A stretch of DNA of 64,000 bases from an uncultured Candidatus Rokubacteria bacterium (GCA_963771355.1 CAVYTA010000005.1:896001-960000); one strand, 5' to 3'; shown: positions 29,721 through 40,023, numbered from the stretch's first letter. Translations and numbers: made by a program. The notes: generated by a model from the letters alone, not told the origin.

Positions 29721-30643
29721 GAGGTCGCTCCGCCGCGCTGCTGGCGGCGGGTCTGCTCACGGCCGGTTGCGCGGCCGGCTCCGGGGCGCTACCGGCGCCC
29801 GCCCTGACGGCGCCGCTGCCGGACCGCGACGGCCCCATCGAGTTCCTCTCGGGGCAGCAGCGGCTCAGCGCGCAGCTTTCCCTCCCGGATGGGCCCGGGC
29901 CCTTTCCCGCGATGATCCTCATGCACGGCTGTGCCGGGGTGGGCCGGGCCGAGCGCGGGTGGGCGGGCGCCCTGGTCTCCTGGGGCTATGCCGCCTTCGT
30001 GGTGGATAGCTTCACCGGCCGCGGCCTCCGCGAGGTGTGCACCCAGGCCCGCACGCTCGTGGGTACCCAGCGGGTGCCCGATGCCTACGACGCGCTGGCG
30101 GCGGTCGGGCGCCATCCCCGCGTGAACGGTACCCGTATCGGCCTCATGGGCTTCTCGCACGGCGGCGGTACCACGCTGGGCGCGGCCACCCGCTGGTCGC
30201 GCGAGTTCTATCTTGGGCGCGGGGGCGCCGGCTTCCGTGGCTTCTGGCCCTTCTATCCCGGCTGCAACGTGGACTATCCGGAGCTGGCGCAGCTCTCCGC
30301 CCCCCTGCGCATCCATATTGGTGCCGCGGACGACTGGACGCGCGCCGCCCCCTGCGAGAGTCTGGCCGCGTCGCTGCGGGCCGGCGGCCAGGACGTGGTC
30401 ATCACGGTGTATCCTGGGGCCCATCACAGCTTCGACAGCGTGGGCCGTGCGGTGACGCGCCTGCCGAACGTGGACAACGGCTCCGCGTGTTACTGGCGGC
30501 TCGCGAGCATGACCGGCCCCACGCTCAACCCGGCGGAGATCCTGGGCTGCCGGAGCAAGGGCGCGACGGTGGGCTATAGCGCCGAGGCGACCCAGGCCGC
30601 CCGCGAGCGGGTGCGGGACGAGCTGGCCGCCATTCTCAAGTGA
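29717..30643 (+). CDS. Dienelactone hydrolase-family alpha/beta hydrolase, putative lipoprotein
   Basis: LTAGC lipobox, HGCAG, GFSHGG nucleophile, GAADDW, YPGAHHSFD. Confidence 0.85.
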   Translation: MRGRSAALLAAGLLTAGCAAGSGALPAPALTAPLPDRDGPIEFLSGQQRLSAQLSLPDGPGPFPAMILMHGCAGVGRAERGWAGALVSWGYAAFVVDSFTGRGLREVCTQARTLVGTQRVPDAYDALAAVGRHPRVNGTRIGLMGFSHGGGTTLGAATRWSREFYLGRGGAGFRGFWPFYPGCNVDYPELAQLSAPLRIHIGAADDWTRAAPCESLAASLRAGGQDVVITVYPGAHHSFDSVGRAVTRLPNVDNGSACYWRLASMTGPTLNPAEILGCRSKGATVGYSAEATQAARERVRDELAAILK

Positions 30644-30686
30644 GCCTGAGCGACGTGATCCTGAGATGCGTGACCTTGAGGTGACC

Positions 30687-31439
30687 ATGCGACTTCCGGA
30701 CAAGGTGGCGATCGTGACCGGCGGGGCCAGCGGGCTCGGCCGCGGTATCGCGCTGGCGCTGGCGCGCGAGGGCGCGCGGGTGGCGGTGGTGGATCTCAAC
30801 GAGGCGGGCGCGCGCGACACCGTGGCGGCCATCGCCAAGGACGGCGGGCAGGCCGCGGCCTGGCGCGCCGACATCAGCGACAAGGCGCGCATCGATCAGG
30901 TAGTAGCGGAGATTATTTCGCGCTGGGGGACGGTGGACATCCTCGTCAACAACGCGGGGCTCGATCGGGTGGGGCCGTTCGTGAGCTCCAGCGAGGCGGA
31001 GTGGGACCTGATCCTCCGCGTGAACCTCAAGGGCCCCATCGTCTGCACCCGCGCGGTGCTGGACGAGATGACCCGCAAGGGCTACGGCAAGATCGTCAAT
31101 ATCGCTTCCGACGCGGGGCGCGTGGGCTCCACCGGCGAGGCCGTCTACTCCGCGGCCAAGGGCGGCATCATCGCCTTCACCAAGACCATCGCCCGCGAGA
31201 CGGCACGCCACCGCCTCAACGTGAACTGCGTGTGCCCGGGTCCGTCGGACACGCCGCTTTTCCAGGAGGTGGCGGCGGGCAATCCCAAGCTCGCCGAGAG
31301 CCTCAAGCGGGTGATTCCCTTCGGCCGCCTGGGCACCGCCGAGGACCTCGCTCCCGCTGTCGTCTTCCTCGCCTCCGATGAGTCGGGCTTCGTGACCGGG
31401 CAGACGCTCTCCGTGTCCGGCGGCCTGACCATGCTCTGA
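30687..31439 (+). CDS. Short-chain dehydrogenase/reductase (BadH/2-hydroxycyclohexanecarboxyl-CoA dehydrogenase-like)
   Basis: TGGASGLG, NNAG, ASDAGRVGSTGEAVYSAAKGG, SVSGGLTM. Confidence 0.9.
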   Translation: MRLPDKVAIVTGGASGLGRGIALALAREGARVAVVDLNEAGARDTVAAIAKDGGQAAAWRADISDKARIDQVVAEIISRWGTVDILVNNAGLDRVGPFVSSSEAEWDLILRVNLKGPIVCTRAVLDEMTRKGYGKIVNIASDAGRVGSTGEAVYSAAKGGIIAFTKTIARETARHRLNVNCVCPGPSDTPLFQEVAAGNPKLAESLKRVIPFGRLGTAEDLAPAVVFLASDESGFVTGQTLSVSGGLTML

Positions 31440-32299
31440 GCGGCGTAGCCGGCGCCCCGCCCGATCTGGTCGTCGTGGGGCACCTCACCCTCGACGTCAC
31501 CGCGAGCGGGACGCGCCCCGGGGGCGCCGCCTACTACGCCGCCCTCACCGCCCACCGACTCGGCCTGCGCGTCGGACTCCTCACCTCCTTCGGCGAGGAC
31601 AACCCGGCCGATACCTTGCCGGGCGGGATCGTGCTGGCGCGGGTACCCGCCCCCCAGACCACGGTGTTCCGTCTGGTGGAGTCGGGGGCGGGGCGCACCC
31701 TGACGCTCGTCTCCCGTGCCGACGATCTGGAGGTCGATGATCTTCCCCCGGGCTGGGACGGGGCTCCGCTGGCGATGCTTTGCCCGGTGATCAACGAGGT
31801 GGATCCGGGCCTCGCGGAGGCCCTGGGTGCCGCCTCCCTGGGTGTCCTGCCCCAGGGCTGGATGCGCCGCCGCGCCCAAGGCGGCCTCATCGTCCCCCAG
31901 CTCTGGGAGGGCGCGCCCGCAGTACTGGCGTGGGCGCAGCTCATGGTGGCGAGCGAGGAGGATGTGGCAGGCTTCCGGGAGGACGCGGTGGAGTGGTTGC
32001 AGCGCGTGCCCCTGGGCGCATTGACCGCCGGGCGCCGCGGCGCCGAGCTCTTCGTCAACGGCGAGCCGTATCACGTGGCGCCGGACCAGGCCCAGGAGGT
32101 GGACGAGACCGGGGCGGGGGACGTCTTCGCCACCGCGCTCCTGATCGAGTACGACCGGAGCGGGGATCCCTGGGAGGCCGCGGCGGTGGCGGCCTGCGCG
32201 GGTGCCGCGTCGGTCGAGGGACCCGGCGCCTTCGCGGTTCCCGATCGCGCCGGCCTCAGCGCCCGCCTCGCGGCCTACCGCAAGCGGCGCGGCGGCTAG
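31436..32299 (+). CDS. PfkB family carbohydrate kinase
   Basis: DLVVVGHLTLD, PGGAAYY and DETGAGDVF motifs. Start uncertain (CTG 31436 overlapping the upstream stop, or GTG 31475). Confidence 0.85.
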   Translation: MSGVAGAPPDLVVVGHLTLDVTASGTRPGGAAYYAALTAHRLGLRVGLLTSFGEDNPADTLPGGIVLARVPAPQTTVFRLVESGAGRTLTLVSRADDLEVDDLPPGWDGAPLAMLCPVINEVDPGLAEALGAASLGVLPQGWMRRRAQGGLIVPQLWEGAPAVLAWAQLMVASEEDVAGFREDAVEWLQRVPLGALTAGRRGAELFVNGEPYHVAPDQAQEVDETGAGDVFATALLIEYDRSGDPWEAAAVAACAGAASVEGPGAFAVPDRAGLSARLAAYRKRRGG

Positions 32300-32346
32300 G
32301 GGACGAGCTCCCAGACAGTGTTCCAATCTCCACAATGGGGGGAGTC

Positions 32347-32961
32347 ATGAATAGGCGAGCCTATCTGAAAAAGGCTGGCGCCCTATCCGTGTCGCTGATT
32401 CTTGCGCTCCATGCGAGCCCCGGTGGCGCCGCAGATCCCCCGTCAACGAAGGTGCTCGTCACCTACCACTCGGTGACCGGCAATACCGAGAAGATGGCCC
32501 AGGGAGTGGCGGCGGGGGCCGGAGCGGTCCCAGCGACCAGTGTTGTCTTGAAGCGAATCGGTGAAGTGACCGGCGACGACCTCCTGTCCGCCCATGCGGT
32601 CATCGTCGGCTCGCCGGTGTATTTCGGCAACATGTCGGGGGAGGTCAAAACCTTCTTTGACAGCTGGAATCTCAAGTTCGGGTTCCAGGTTCGAGACCGG
32701 AAGATGCGCAACAAGGTTGGCGGCGCGTTCGCGACGGGTGCGTCGGCTTCGAACGGCAAGGAGCTCACGATGATTACCATCCTCGGGGCGATGCTACTCA
32801 ACCAGATGATCGTCGTCAGCGGTGGAGGAGGATTTGGCGCCAGCGCGTCCACGGGACCGGACTCGCCCGGGATCGACGAGAAGGAGCTGACCGAGGCTCG
32901 CGACCTGGGCAAGCGCGTCGCGGAAATCGCGGCGGTAGTCAAACGGGGATCCGGCCAGTAA
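32347..32961 (+). CDS. WrbA-like flavodoxin/NAD(P)H:quinone oxidoreductase with Tat-like signal
   Basis: MNRRAYLK followed by a hydrophobic stretch; YHSVTGNTEKMA, GSPVYFG, KVGGAFATG. Confidence 0.85.
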   Translation: MNRRAYLKKAGALSVSLILALHASPGGAADPPSTKVLVTYHSVTGNTEKMAQGVAAGAGAVPATSVVLKRIGEVTGDDLLSAHAVIVGSPVYFGNMSGEVKTFFDSWNLKFGFQVRDRKMRNKVGGAFATGASASNGKELTMITILGAMLLNQMIVVSGGGGFGASASTGPDSPGIDEKELTEARDLGKRVAEIAAVVKRGSGQ

Positions 32962-32986
32962 TAGCGATGGTACACTGACGCCGAAC

Positions 32987-33361
32987 ATGGCGGAGCGGCG
33001 CATCCGGATCACGGCAGGCACCATCGCGGCCGAGGCCGTGCTCGACCAGTCGAACACCGCGCAGGCGGTGTGGGATGCGTTACCGCTATCGGTCCCCGGC
33101 GACACCTGGGGCGACGAGATCTACTTCGGCATCCCCGTGAAGGCCAAGGCCGAGAATCCCGCCGAGACCGTCGAGATGGGTGATCTCGCCTACTGGCCGC
33201 CCGGCTCGGCGTTCTGCATCTTCTTCGGCCCCACGCCGGCCAGCCGCGGCGCGGAGATCCGCCCCGCGAGCCCGGTGAACGTCTTCGGTCGCGTGACCGG
33301 CGATCCGACCGTCTTCAAGAAGGTACGCGCGGGCACTCCCATTCGCATCGAGCGCGCGTGA
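32987..33361 (+). CDS. Cyclophilin-like fold protein (TM1367-like)
   Basis: [36 protein letters not shown]. Confidence 0.85.
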   Translation: MAERRIRITAGTIAAEAVLDQSNTAQAVWDALPLSVPGDTWGDEIYFGIPVKAKAENPAETVEMGDLAYWPPGSAFCIFFGPTPASRGAEIRPASPVNVFGRVTGDPTVFKKVRAGTPIRIERA

Positions 33362-33392
33362 GGCCCCGTCCGGCCCACGCGCAGGAGGCAGC

Positions 33393-34043
33393 ATGAAGAT
33401 CTTTCTCGATTCCGCCAACGTGAACGAGCTGAAGGAAGGCGTGGCCATGGGCCTCGTCGACGGCTGCACCACCAACCCCTCGCTCATCGCCAAGGAGAAG
33501 CGGCCCTTCCGGCCGCTGGTGGAGGAGATCTGCGCCATCGTGCCGGGCGACGTGAGCCTGGAGGTGGTGGCCACCGACTTCGACGGCATGGTGAAGGAGG
33601 GCAAGGAGCTGGCCCAGGTGGCCTCGAACGTGGTGGTCAAGTGCCCCCTCACCAAGGATGGGCTCAAGGCGGTGAAGCATCTGAGCGGGCTGGGCATCCG
33701 CGTCAACCAGACGCTCTGCTTCTCGGCCCCCCAGGCGCTGCTCTCGGCCAAGGCCGGTGCCACCTATATCAGCCCATTCCTGGGGCGCCTGGACGACATC
33801 GGCGCGGTGGGCATGGACCTCATCCGCGACATCTGCCAGATCTACTCGAATTACGGCTACAAGACCCAGGTGCTGGCGGCCTCCATCCGCAATCCCATCC
33901 ACGTGGTGGACGCCGCCAAGGCGGGGGCGCACGTGGCCACCATGCCCTTCAGCGTGCTCGAGATGCTGATGAAGCACCCCCTCACGGATATCGGGCTCAA
34001 GAAGTTCCTGGACGACTGGAACAAGTCCGGCTCAAAGATCTAG
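33393..34043 (+). CDS. tal: Transaldolase (TalC/FSA-type short form)
   Basis: [21 protein letters not shown] (Schiff-base Lys), [16 protein letters not shown]. Confidence 0.92.
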   Translation: MKIFLDSANVNELKEGVAMGLVDGCTTNPSLIAKEKRPFRPLVEEICAIVPGDVSLEVVATDFDGMVKEGKELAQVASNVVVKCPLTKDGLKAVKHLSGLGIRVNQTLCFSAPQALLSAKAGATYISPFLGRLDDIGAVGMDLIRDICQIYSNYGYKTQVLAASIRNPIHVVDAAKAGAHVATMPFSVLEMLMKHPLTDIGLKKFLDDWNKSGSKI

Positions 34044-34084
34044 TTCCACCCGTCCGGCCCTCCTCGCCCGTATACCTCAGCGAG

Positions 34085-34618
34085 ATGGAGAGCGAACGAG
34101 GGCTGATGCGGCGGGTAGCGCGGGGAGACGAGGCGGCCTTCACCGAGCTGGTGGAGGGCTACGGGCCAAAGCTCCTCGCGGTGGCCCGCCGGCTGCTGGG
34201 GTCCCGGGCGGACGCGGAGGACGCGGTCCAGCGCGCGCTGCTCCAGTGCTATCAGGGCGCGGCGGGCTACGAGCCGCGGTGGGCCGTCTCCACCTGGCTC
34301 TACCGCATCCTCACCAATATCTGCGTGGACGAGCTGCGCCGCCGCACGGTGCGCCACGCCTACGCCGCCGCCCCGCCCGCGGAGTCCCTGTCCCCCTTCG
34401 ACGCGCCCGGCGACGCCGGCCGGCGCATCGACGTGGCCCGGGCCCTCGCGCGCGTGCCCCGCGAGGCGCGCGTGCTCCTCGCGCTCCACTACGTCAACGG
34501 GCTCGGCAATGCCGAGCTCGCGCGCATCCGCGGCATCTCGATCAATACCGTGAAGAGCCAGCTCGCGCGCGGCAAGGGCATTCTGCGCGCCGCGCTGGCC
34601 GAAGGAGACCCCGCATGA
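34085..34618 (+). CDS. ECF RNA polymerase sigma factor
   Basis: GDEAAFTEL, DAEDAVQ and TWLYRILTNICVD (region 2); ISINTVKSQLARG (region 4). Confidence 0.9.
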   Translation: MESERGLMRRVARGDEAAFTELVEGYGPKLLAVARRLLGSRADAEDAVQRALLQCYQGAAGYEPRWAVSTWLYRILTNICVDELRRRTVRHAYAAAPPAESLSPFDAPGDAGRRIDVARALARVPREARVLLALHYVNGLGNAELARIRGISINTVKSQLARGKGILRAALAEGDPA

Positions 34619-35328
34619 AGACCGATCTCGATCGTCTGCTCGTCGACTATTTCCAGCCGGAGCCGCCCGCCGCGGGACTGGCCCGGCGCGTCCTCCGAGA
34701 GGCCACCGTGGCCGGGCGCGAGGCCGAGGACCTGGTGGACCGGCTCGCCATCGCGGCGACGCCGCAAGGCATCAGCCTGATCCGTCCGGGCCGTCAGGCG
34801 CGGGTGGAGACCGCGGCCGGGCGCCGGCTGGTGGACCGGGCGCGCGAGGAGCTGCACCAGTACTTCCAGGGACAGCGCGCCTTCTTCTCGGTGCCGGTGG
34901 ACCTCTCGGCGGCGCCCGACTTCCAGACCAAGGTGCTCCAGGCCGCGGGCGCAATCCCCTTCGGCCAGGCCCGTCCCTATGCGTGGGTGGCGAAGCGCAT
35001 CGGCCATCCGCGCGCGGTGCGGGCGGTGGGCACCGCGCTGGGGAAAAATCCGGTGCCGCTCATCGTGCCCTGCCACCGCGTGCTCAAGAGCGACGGCGGA
35101 GTCGGCGGCTACATCTTCGGAACCTCCGTGAAGCAGCGCCTCCTCCGGCTCGAGCGGGTGACCCCGGTGCTCGAGGGATGCACCAGCACCCATATCGTCT
35201 GCCGGCTGGGGTGCCCCCAGCTCCGGCGCGCCAAGCCGAGCAATCGCGTGGTCTTCGCCTCCGTGGAGGACGCGCGCTCGGTCGGCTACCGGCCCTGCCG
35301 CGTCTGCCGGCCCTCGCAGGCGGCATGA
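34615..35328 (+). CDS. Methylated-DNA--protein-cysteine methyltransferase with C-terminal Ada-type Zn-binding domain
   Basis: RAVGTALGKNPVPLIVPCHRV; C-terminal IVCRLGC...GYRPCRVCRP. Confidence 0.9.
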   Translation: MKTDLDRLLVDYFQPEPPAAGLARRVLREATVAGREAEDLVDRLAIAATPQGISLIRPGRQARVETAAGRRLVDRAREELHQYFQGQRAFFSVPVDLSAAPDFQTKVLQAAGAIPFGQARPYAWVAKRIGHPRAVRAVGTALGKNPVPLIVPCHRVLKSDGGVGGYIFGTSVKQRLLRLERVTPVLEGCTSTHIVCRLGCPQLRRAKPSNRVVFASVEDARSVGYRPCRVCRPSQAA

Positions 35329-36038
35329 GCGATCTGGCCGCCCGCGTCGCCGGCCTTGCCCTGGGAGGCCATCGGGGCCGAGCTGGACGCGCGCGGCTTC
35401 GCCACCACTGGACCCGCTGCTCGACGCGGCGGAGTGCGCCGAGCTGGCCGCGCTGCTATGGCGAGGAGCGCCGCTTCCGGAGCCGCGTGGACATGGCGCG
35501 CTTTCGCTTCGGAGTGGGCGAGTACAAGTACTTCGCCGCTCCGCTCCCCGAGCCGGTGGCGACACTCCGCGAGCGCCTCTACCCGCGCCTGGCGCCCATC
35601 GCCAACCGCTGGATGGAGCGGCTCGGCACGCGCGAGCGCTACCCGGACGCTCTGGACGGGCTCGCCCGCCTCTGCGCCCGTCATGGCCAGACCAAGCCCA
35701 CGCCGCTCCTGCTGCACTACACCGCCGGCGGCTATAACTGCCTGCACCAGGATCTCTACGGGGCGGTGGCGTTTCCGCTCCAGGCCACCGTGCTGCTGAG
35801 CGACCCGGCGGCGGATTTCACCGGGGGCGAGTTCCTGCTGGTGGAGCAGCGCCCCCGCGCCCAGTCGGCCGGGCACGTGGTCCCGCTGCGACAGGGGGAA
35901 GCGGTGCTGTTCGCCACGCGCCACCGGCCCGCCCGGGGCGCCCGCGGCTGGTATCGCGCCCAGCTCCGCCACGGCGTGAGCGAGGTACGGTCGGGCGAGC
36001 GCTACACGCTCGGCGTCATCTTCCACGACGCGGAGTGA
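35325..36038 (+). CDS. 2OG-Fe(II) oxygenase (DUF2086-like); three compensating indels near the 5' end
   Basis: GEYKYF, YNCLHQDLYG, GGEFLLVEQRPR, RHGVS, GVIFHDA. Confidence 0.88.
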   Translation: MSDLAARVAGLALGGHRGRAGRARLRHHWTRCSTRRSAPSWPRCYGEERRFRSRVDMARFRFGVGEYKYFAAPLPEPVATLRERLYPRLAPIANRWMERLGTRERYPDALDGLARLCARHGQTKPTPLLLHYTAGGYNCLHQDLYGAVAFPLQATVLLSDPAADFTGGEFLLVEQRPRAQSAGHVVPLRQGEAVLFATRHRPARGARGWYRAQLRHGVSEVRSGERYTLGVIFHDAE

Positions 36039-36054
36039 GCCGCCGGAGGCGCCG

Positions 36055-36828
36055 TCACTCCTTGTAGTCGAGCCCGGCGGCGGCGAACTTCGGCTTCACC
36101 GACGGAGCGGTGAGGAACGTCACGAAGGCACGCGCTACTTCGGGCGCGGTGGCCTTGGTCGCGATCCCCGCGGAGTAGACGGTCACCTTCTGCACGTCCT
36201 TGGGCAGGGGCCCCACCAGGGTCACGCCCTTCACGGGCACGATCTCGCTGATCTGGTGCACGACCATCGCGACCTCGCCCTTGGCCACCAGCTCGGCCGG
36301 GTACCCGCCGGGCACGAGGGTCGTCTTCGCCTTCATCGCGTCGGCGATGCCGAGCTGCTGGAGGACGCCGGCGAGATGAATGCCGCTGGTCGCGCCCTGG
36401 GCCGGATCGACGTAGGTGATGGACTTCGCCGCCAGCAGCGCCTGCTTGAAAGCCTCCGACGTCGAGATGTCGGGCGCGGGCGTGCCTTCACGCACGCCTA
36501 CCCCCATGCCGGTGCGGGCGATATCGGTGCGGCTGCCGGAGACGATGCGGTCCTGCTTGATCGACTCGTCGATGGCGACGTCGCTCATGATGACGACGTC
36601 CGCGGGGTCGGCGGCGAGCCGCTGGCGCGTGACCCCGACGGTCCCGAACGCCAGCGAGACCTTGTGGCCGGTCTCCTTCTCGAACGCCTGCGCCAGCTCG
36701 GTCACGATCGCCCGGACCGCGCCCGCGCTCAGCACCTGGATCTCGGCGGCCTCGGCCCGCCCGGTCCCCACCAGCGCCGCCACCGCGAGCAGGGTGGCGC
36801 CCAGCCTCCGCGTCGTCGCTCCGCTCAT
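36055..36828 (-). CDS. ModA-like substrate-binding protein
   Basis: Signal peptide, IQVLSAGAV, DPAQGATSG, QISEI, VGPLP. Lies at the C-terminal end of the chimeric 1744-aa ORF. Confidence 0.85.
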   Translation of the reverse strand: MSGATTRRLGATLLAVAALVGTGRAEAAEIQVLSAGAVRAIVTELAQAFEKETGHKVSLAFGTVGVTRQRLAADPADVVIMSDVAIDESIKQDRIVSGSRTDIARTGMGVGVREGTPAPDISTSEAFKQALLAAKSITYVDPAQGATSGIHLAGVLQQLGIADAMKAKTTLVPGGYPAELVAKGEVAMVVHQISEIVPVKGVTLVGPLPKDVQKVTVYSAGIATKATAPEVARAFVTFLTAPSVKPKFAAAGLDYKE

Positions 36829-37958
36829 CGTTCGCCTCCGTTTTTTAGTGCGTAGAAGCCCATGGCTCCACCGGCCAGGATCTGGCGCTTCGCCTCCGCC
36901 GACAGGCCCGGCCGCCGGGCGATCATCGCCGGCGCCCCGGGGAAGAAGCCGTCGGGGTGCGGGTAGTCGGTGGCCCAGAGGATCTTGTGCGGGCCGATGT
37001 ACTCGGCGAGGACGCTCAGGCTGCCCTCCACCGGCTCGAACGAGATCCAGCAATTGCGCTGGAACAGCTCGCTGGGGCGCATGGAGAGGCCGGAGTCGTT
37101 GAAGCCCGCGTCGTCGAAGTGCCGGTCCATGCGATCGAGCCAGGGCGCGATCCAGCCGCCACCGGACTCCAGGAAGGCGACGCGCAGCCGGGGATGGCGA
37201 TCGCAGACTCCGCCCCAGATCATGCTCATCGCGGCCAGCATCATCTCCATGGTGTGCGAGATGATGTGCCGCGCCCCGCGCGTCTCGAAGCGATCGACGC
37301 CCACCTGAGGCATGCCGCCGCTGGCCCCCTCGTGCAGCCCGATGGCGAAGTCGAGCTCCTGGGCCTCGCGCCAGAAGGGCTCGTTGTCCGGATGGTGCAG
37401 GGGGCGGCCCGCGTACGGGTTCGGGCGGAGGAAGCCGCCCCGCATGCCGAGCTCGCGCCGCGCGTAGCGCATCTCGGCGATGGCCGCGTCCACGGACTGC
37501 ATCGGCAGCATGGCCACGCCGAAGAGGCGATCGGGGTAGGGGCGACAGTAGTCGGCCAGCCAGCGGTTGTAGGCGCGGCACACCGCGGCGGAGAGCCCGG
37601 GATCCTGGATCGCTCCCGCGAAGAGGCCGAGGCTCGGATACAGGAACGCCGCGTCGATCCCGTCCAGGTCCATGTCGGGGATGCGGGCGTGCGGGTCGAA
37701 GCCGCCCTTGCGACCCTGGAGATACGTCATGGTGTCGTCGGCGACCACGCCCTGGCGCGCGCCGATGCCCCCGACCACCCCCAGGCCCTTCGAGCTGCCG
37801 AGCACCTGGCTCTCGATGAGCAAGCGCTCCTTGCCGTCGGTGTCGATCACGAGCCGGGGCGCCCGATCGCGGTAGGCCGGGTCCATGTAGGTGGTCCATA
37901 GATCCAGCGGCTCGAGGATGTGCCCGTCGGCGTCGATGATGTCGTAGGTGCGTCCCAT
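36825..37958 (-). CDS. Amidohydrolase-2 family metalloenzyme (ACMSD/LigI-like)
   Basis: IDADGHILEP, DMDLDGID, LESGGGW, ILWATDYPHPD; AAGGAG RBS. Confidence 0.9.
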   Translation of the reverse strand: MGRTYDIIDADGHILEPLDLWTTYMDPAYRDRAPRLVIDTDGKERLLIESQVLGSSKGLGVVGGIGARQGVVADDTMTYLQGRKGGFDPHARIPDMDLDGIDAAFLYPSLGLFAGAIQDPGLSAAVCRAYNRWLADYCRPYPDRLFGVAMLPMQSVDAAIAEMRYARRELGMRGGFLRPNPYAGRPLHHPDNEPFWREAQELDFAIGLHEGASGGMPQVGVDRFETRGARHIISHTMEMMLAAMSMIWGGVCDRHPRLRVAFLESGGGWIAPWLDRMDRHFDDAGFNDSGLSMRPSELFQRNCWISFEPVEGSLSVLAEYIGPHKILWATDYPHPDGFFPGAPAMIARRPGLSAEAKRQILAGGAMGFYALKNGGER

Positions 37959-37969
37959 GGCCGGTCTCC

Positions 37970-40023
37970 TTACGGACGCACGCAGTTGATGTAGGTCCAG
38001 CAGCAGCGGAACGCGTCCCGGCCGCCGAACAGCGTGTCCATCGCGTGGCGGATGAGGGCCAGCCGGTCGGCGACGGCTTCCCCCGCGGGCGCCTTGCCGT
38101 CGATCTTGGCGGAGCCGCCCACCCAGCCCAGCACCGCCTCGTGGTAGGCGCTGAGGAATTCGAACCAGTCGGCGACTTGGGCCTCGATGGAGCGCGCCCG
38201 ACGTCCTCCACCGCGAAGCCGGCTTGCTCGAGTTCGCGCAGGTAGAAGTCCAGCGGGCGCACCGGCAGGAACACCTGATCGCGGTGGGCGAGGTGCGCCT
38301 GGATGCGGGGCGCGTCGTCGAGCAGGGGCCGGTAGGCAGCATAGCGCGCTTCGTTGCGGACCAGACCGGTCGCGACCTCGTGGATGGCCCAAACCGTCTC
38401 GTCCAGGAGCCATTCACTGGGCCCGGCGTGGGGATTGCGGATATTGCCCGACTGTACGAAGGCGCGCCCGCCCGGCCGCAGCACGCGGGCCCAGGAGCCG
38501 AGGGTGTCGGCGAGGTCCCGGTACAGATGGATGGCGTTGGTGGAGGCGAGCACGTCCGCCTTGCGCGCCAGCAGCTCCGGCCCCATCACCTCCTCGAGGA
38601 GCTCGAGCCGCCGCGCCTCCTTGAGCCAGCGCAGGAGCCGGAAGCCGATGCGCTCCTCGCCGCCGAACTTGTCGAGGGCGACGCGGAGGAACTTGGGGGA
38701 GCTGTCCACGATCAGCGTCCCGACGTGGCGGTCGAAGATTCTCAGGTTGAGCCGATCGAGGAGGATCCCGGTGCCCCCCGAGTAGTCGATGAGGAGCTGG
38801 CCATCTTCGAGGTGGCGCGCCAGGTCCTCGACCGTCGGATCGAGGTTCCGGTACCAGCCGTGGTTCTCGACGGTGTCGTACCGGAGGCCGAAGGTGTCCA
38901 TGGGCTGCTGGACCCAGTCCTGCTCGGGAATGCGCGCGAAGCCGGAGGGCCACTGGAAGCGCCTCCGCGGCCCGCGCGCCGACTGGATGGGGGCGCTGAC
39001 GGCGGCGTGGATGCGCAGAAGATCCGGGATGGTGGCGGCCGGCCGCCGGCCCCAGCCGCACTCGGTGGCGACCCCGAATCCGGACACGAAGCGGTGGGCC
39101 GTCTCGATGCGGCGGCGCGTGCCCTCGACGCCGTCGGTGTGGTGCAGCAGACCCAGGTAGAGCTCGGTCTCGGCGCGCAGGCGGAGATCCCGCAGCGGCG
39201 CATAGTAAGCCTCGTCGAGCCGCTCCCGCGGGACGGGCAGGTGGATCCAGGTGAGGGGCCGCCCCAGGCTCGCCGCCAGCGCATTGGCGACCTCGACGAG
39301 CTTGCCCGCGTCGGCCGGCTCCTTGAAGTGGCGATGCTGGACGTCGCCGTAGCAGAGGTGATAGCCGAGCTGGACGTCCGGGGGCACGTGGCGCGAGATC
39401 CGGAGCAGCCGCTCCAGGATGCCGCCCTTGACGTCGCCGAACCAGACCGGGAACACCCCCTCCAGCATCCCGAGCTCGAAATTGGTATCCCACTGGATGG
39501 CGAGCTGATCGTGCGGCAATTCCTGGAGGATGGTCCGGAGCTCGCCGAGCACCTGCTCCTCGTAGACGGGCTCGAGGAGCTCCTGATGCTCGGGCACCAC
39601 GAAGGCGCTGATGGGGGCGAGCGGGGTGGGCAGACAGACCTGGAAGCGACAGGCCACCGGCACCACGCCGTCACGCTTGAGGCGCGCGAAGACCCGATAG
39701 GAGGACAGTGCCGCGTCCGCATACCCGAGGGCGCCAAAGGTCACGCTCTCCGCGCGCGCGCCGGCGGCCAGGCGGACGCGGGGCAACGGCCGCCAGCTGT
39801 CGGCGCCGGGCGGCACCACCTCGAGCTGGCGCTGGGTGGTGAAGACGGGCAGCTGCCACACGATCCAGTCGGACCGGGGGCCGGTCTCGCCGTCAGGGAT
39901 GCGGCGGAGGCGGTCGCCGATCTCATCGGCGACGGTGCGGAACACGGCCTCCGAGCTGGCCAGCGGCACGCTGCCGACCAGATGGGCGCCGGATGCCGCG
40001 AGATCGGGGGAGACGTTGCTCAT
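37970..40023 (-). CDS. Fusion of MetE/UROD-like Zn domain and class I SAM-dependent methyltransferase; frameshift at ~38200
   Basis: HLVGSVP, PDGETG, YHLCYGD and TECGWGR, then in-frame IDYSGGTG, VDSS, NAIHLY, RVLRPGG. The C-terminal tail continues in ORF 37970..38413. Confidence 0.8.
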
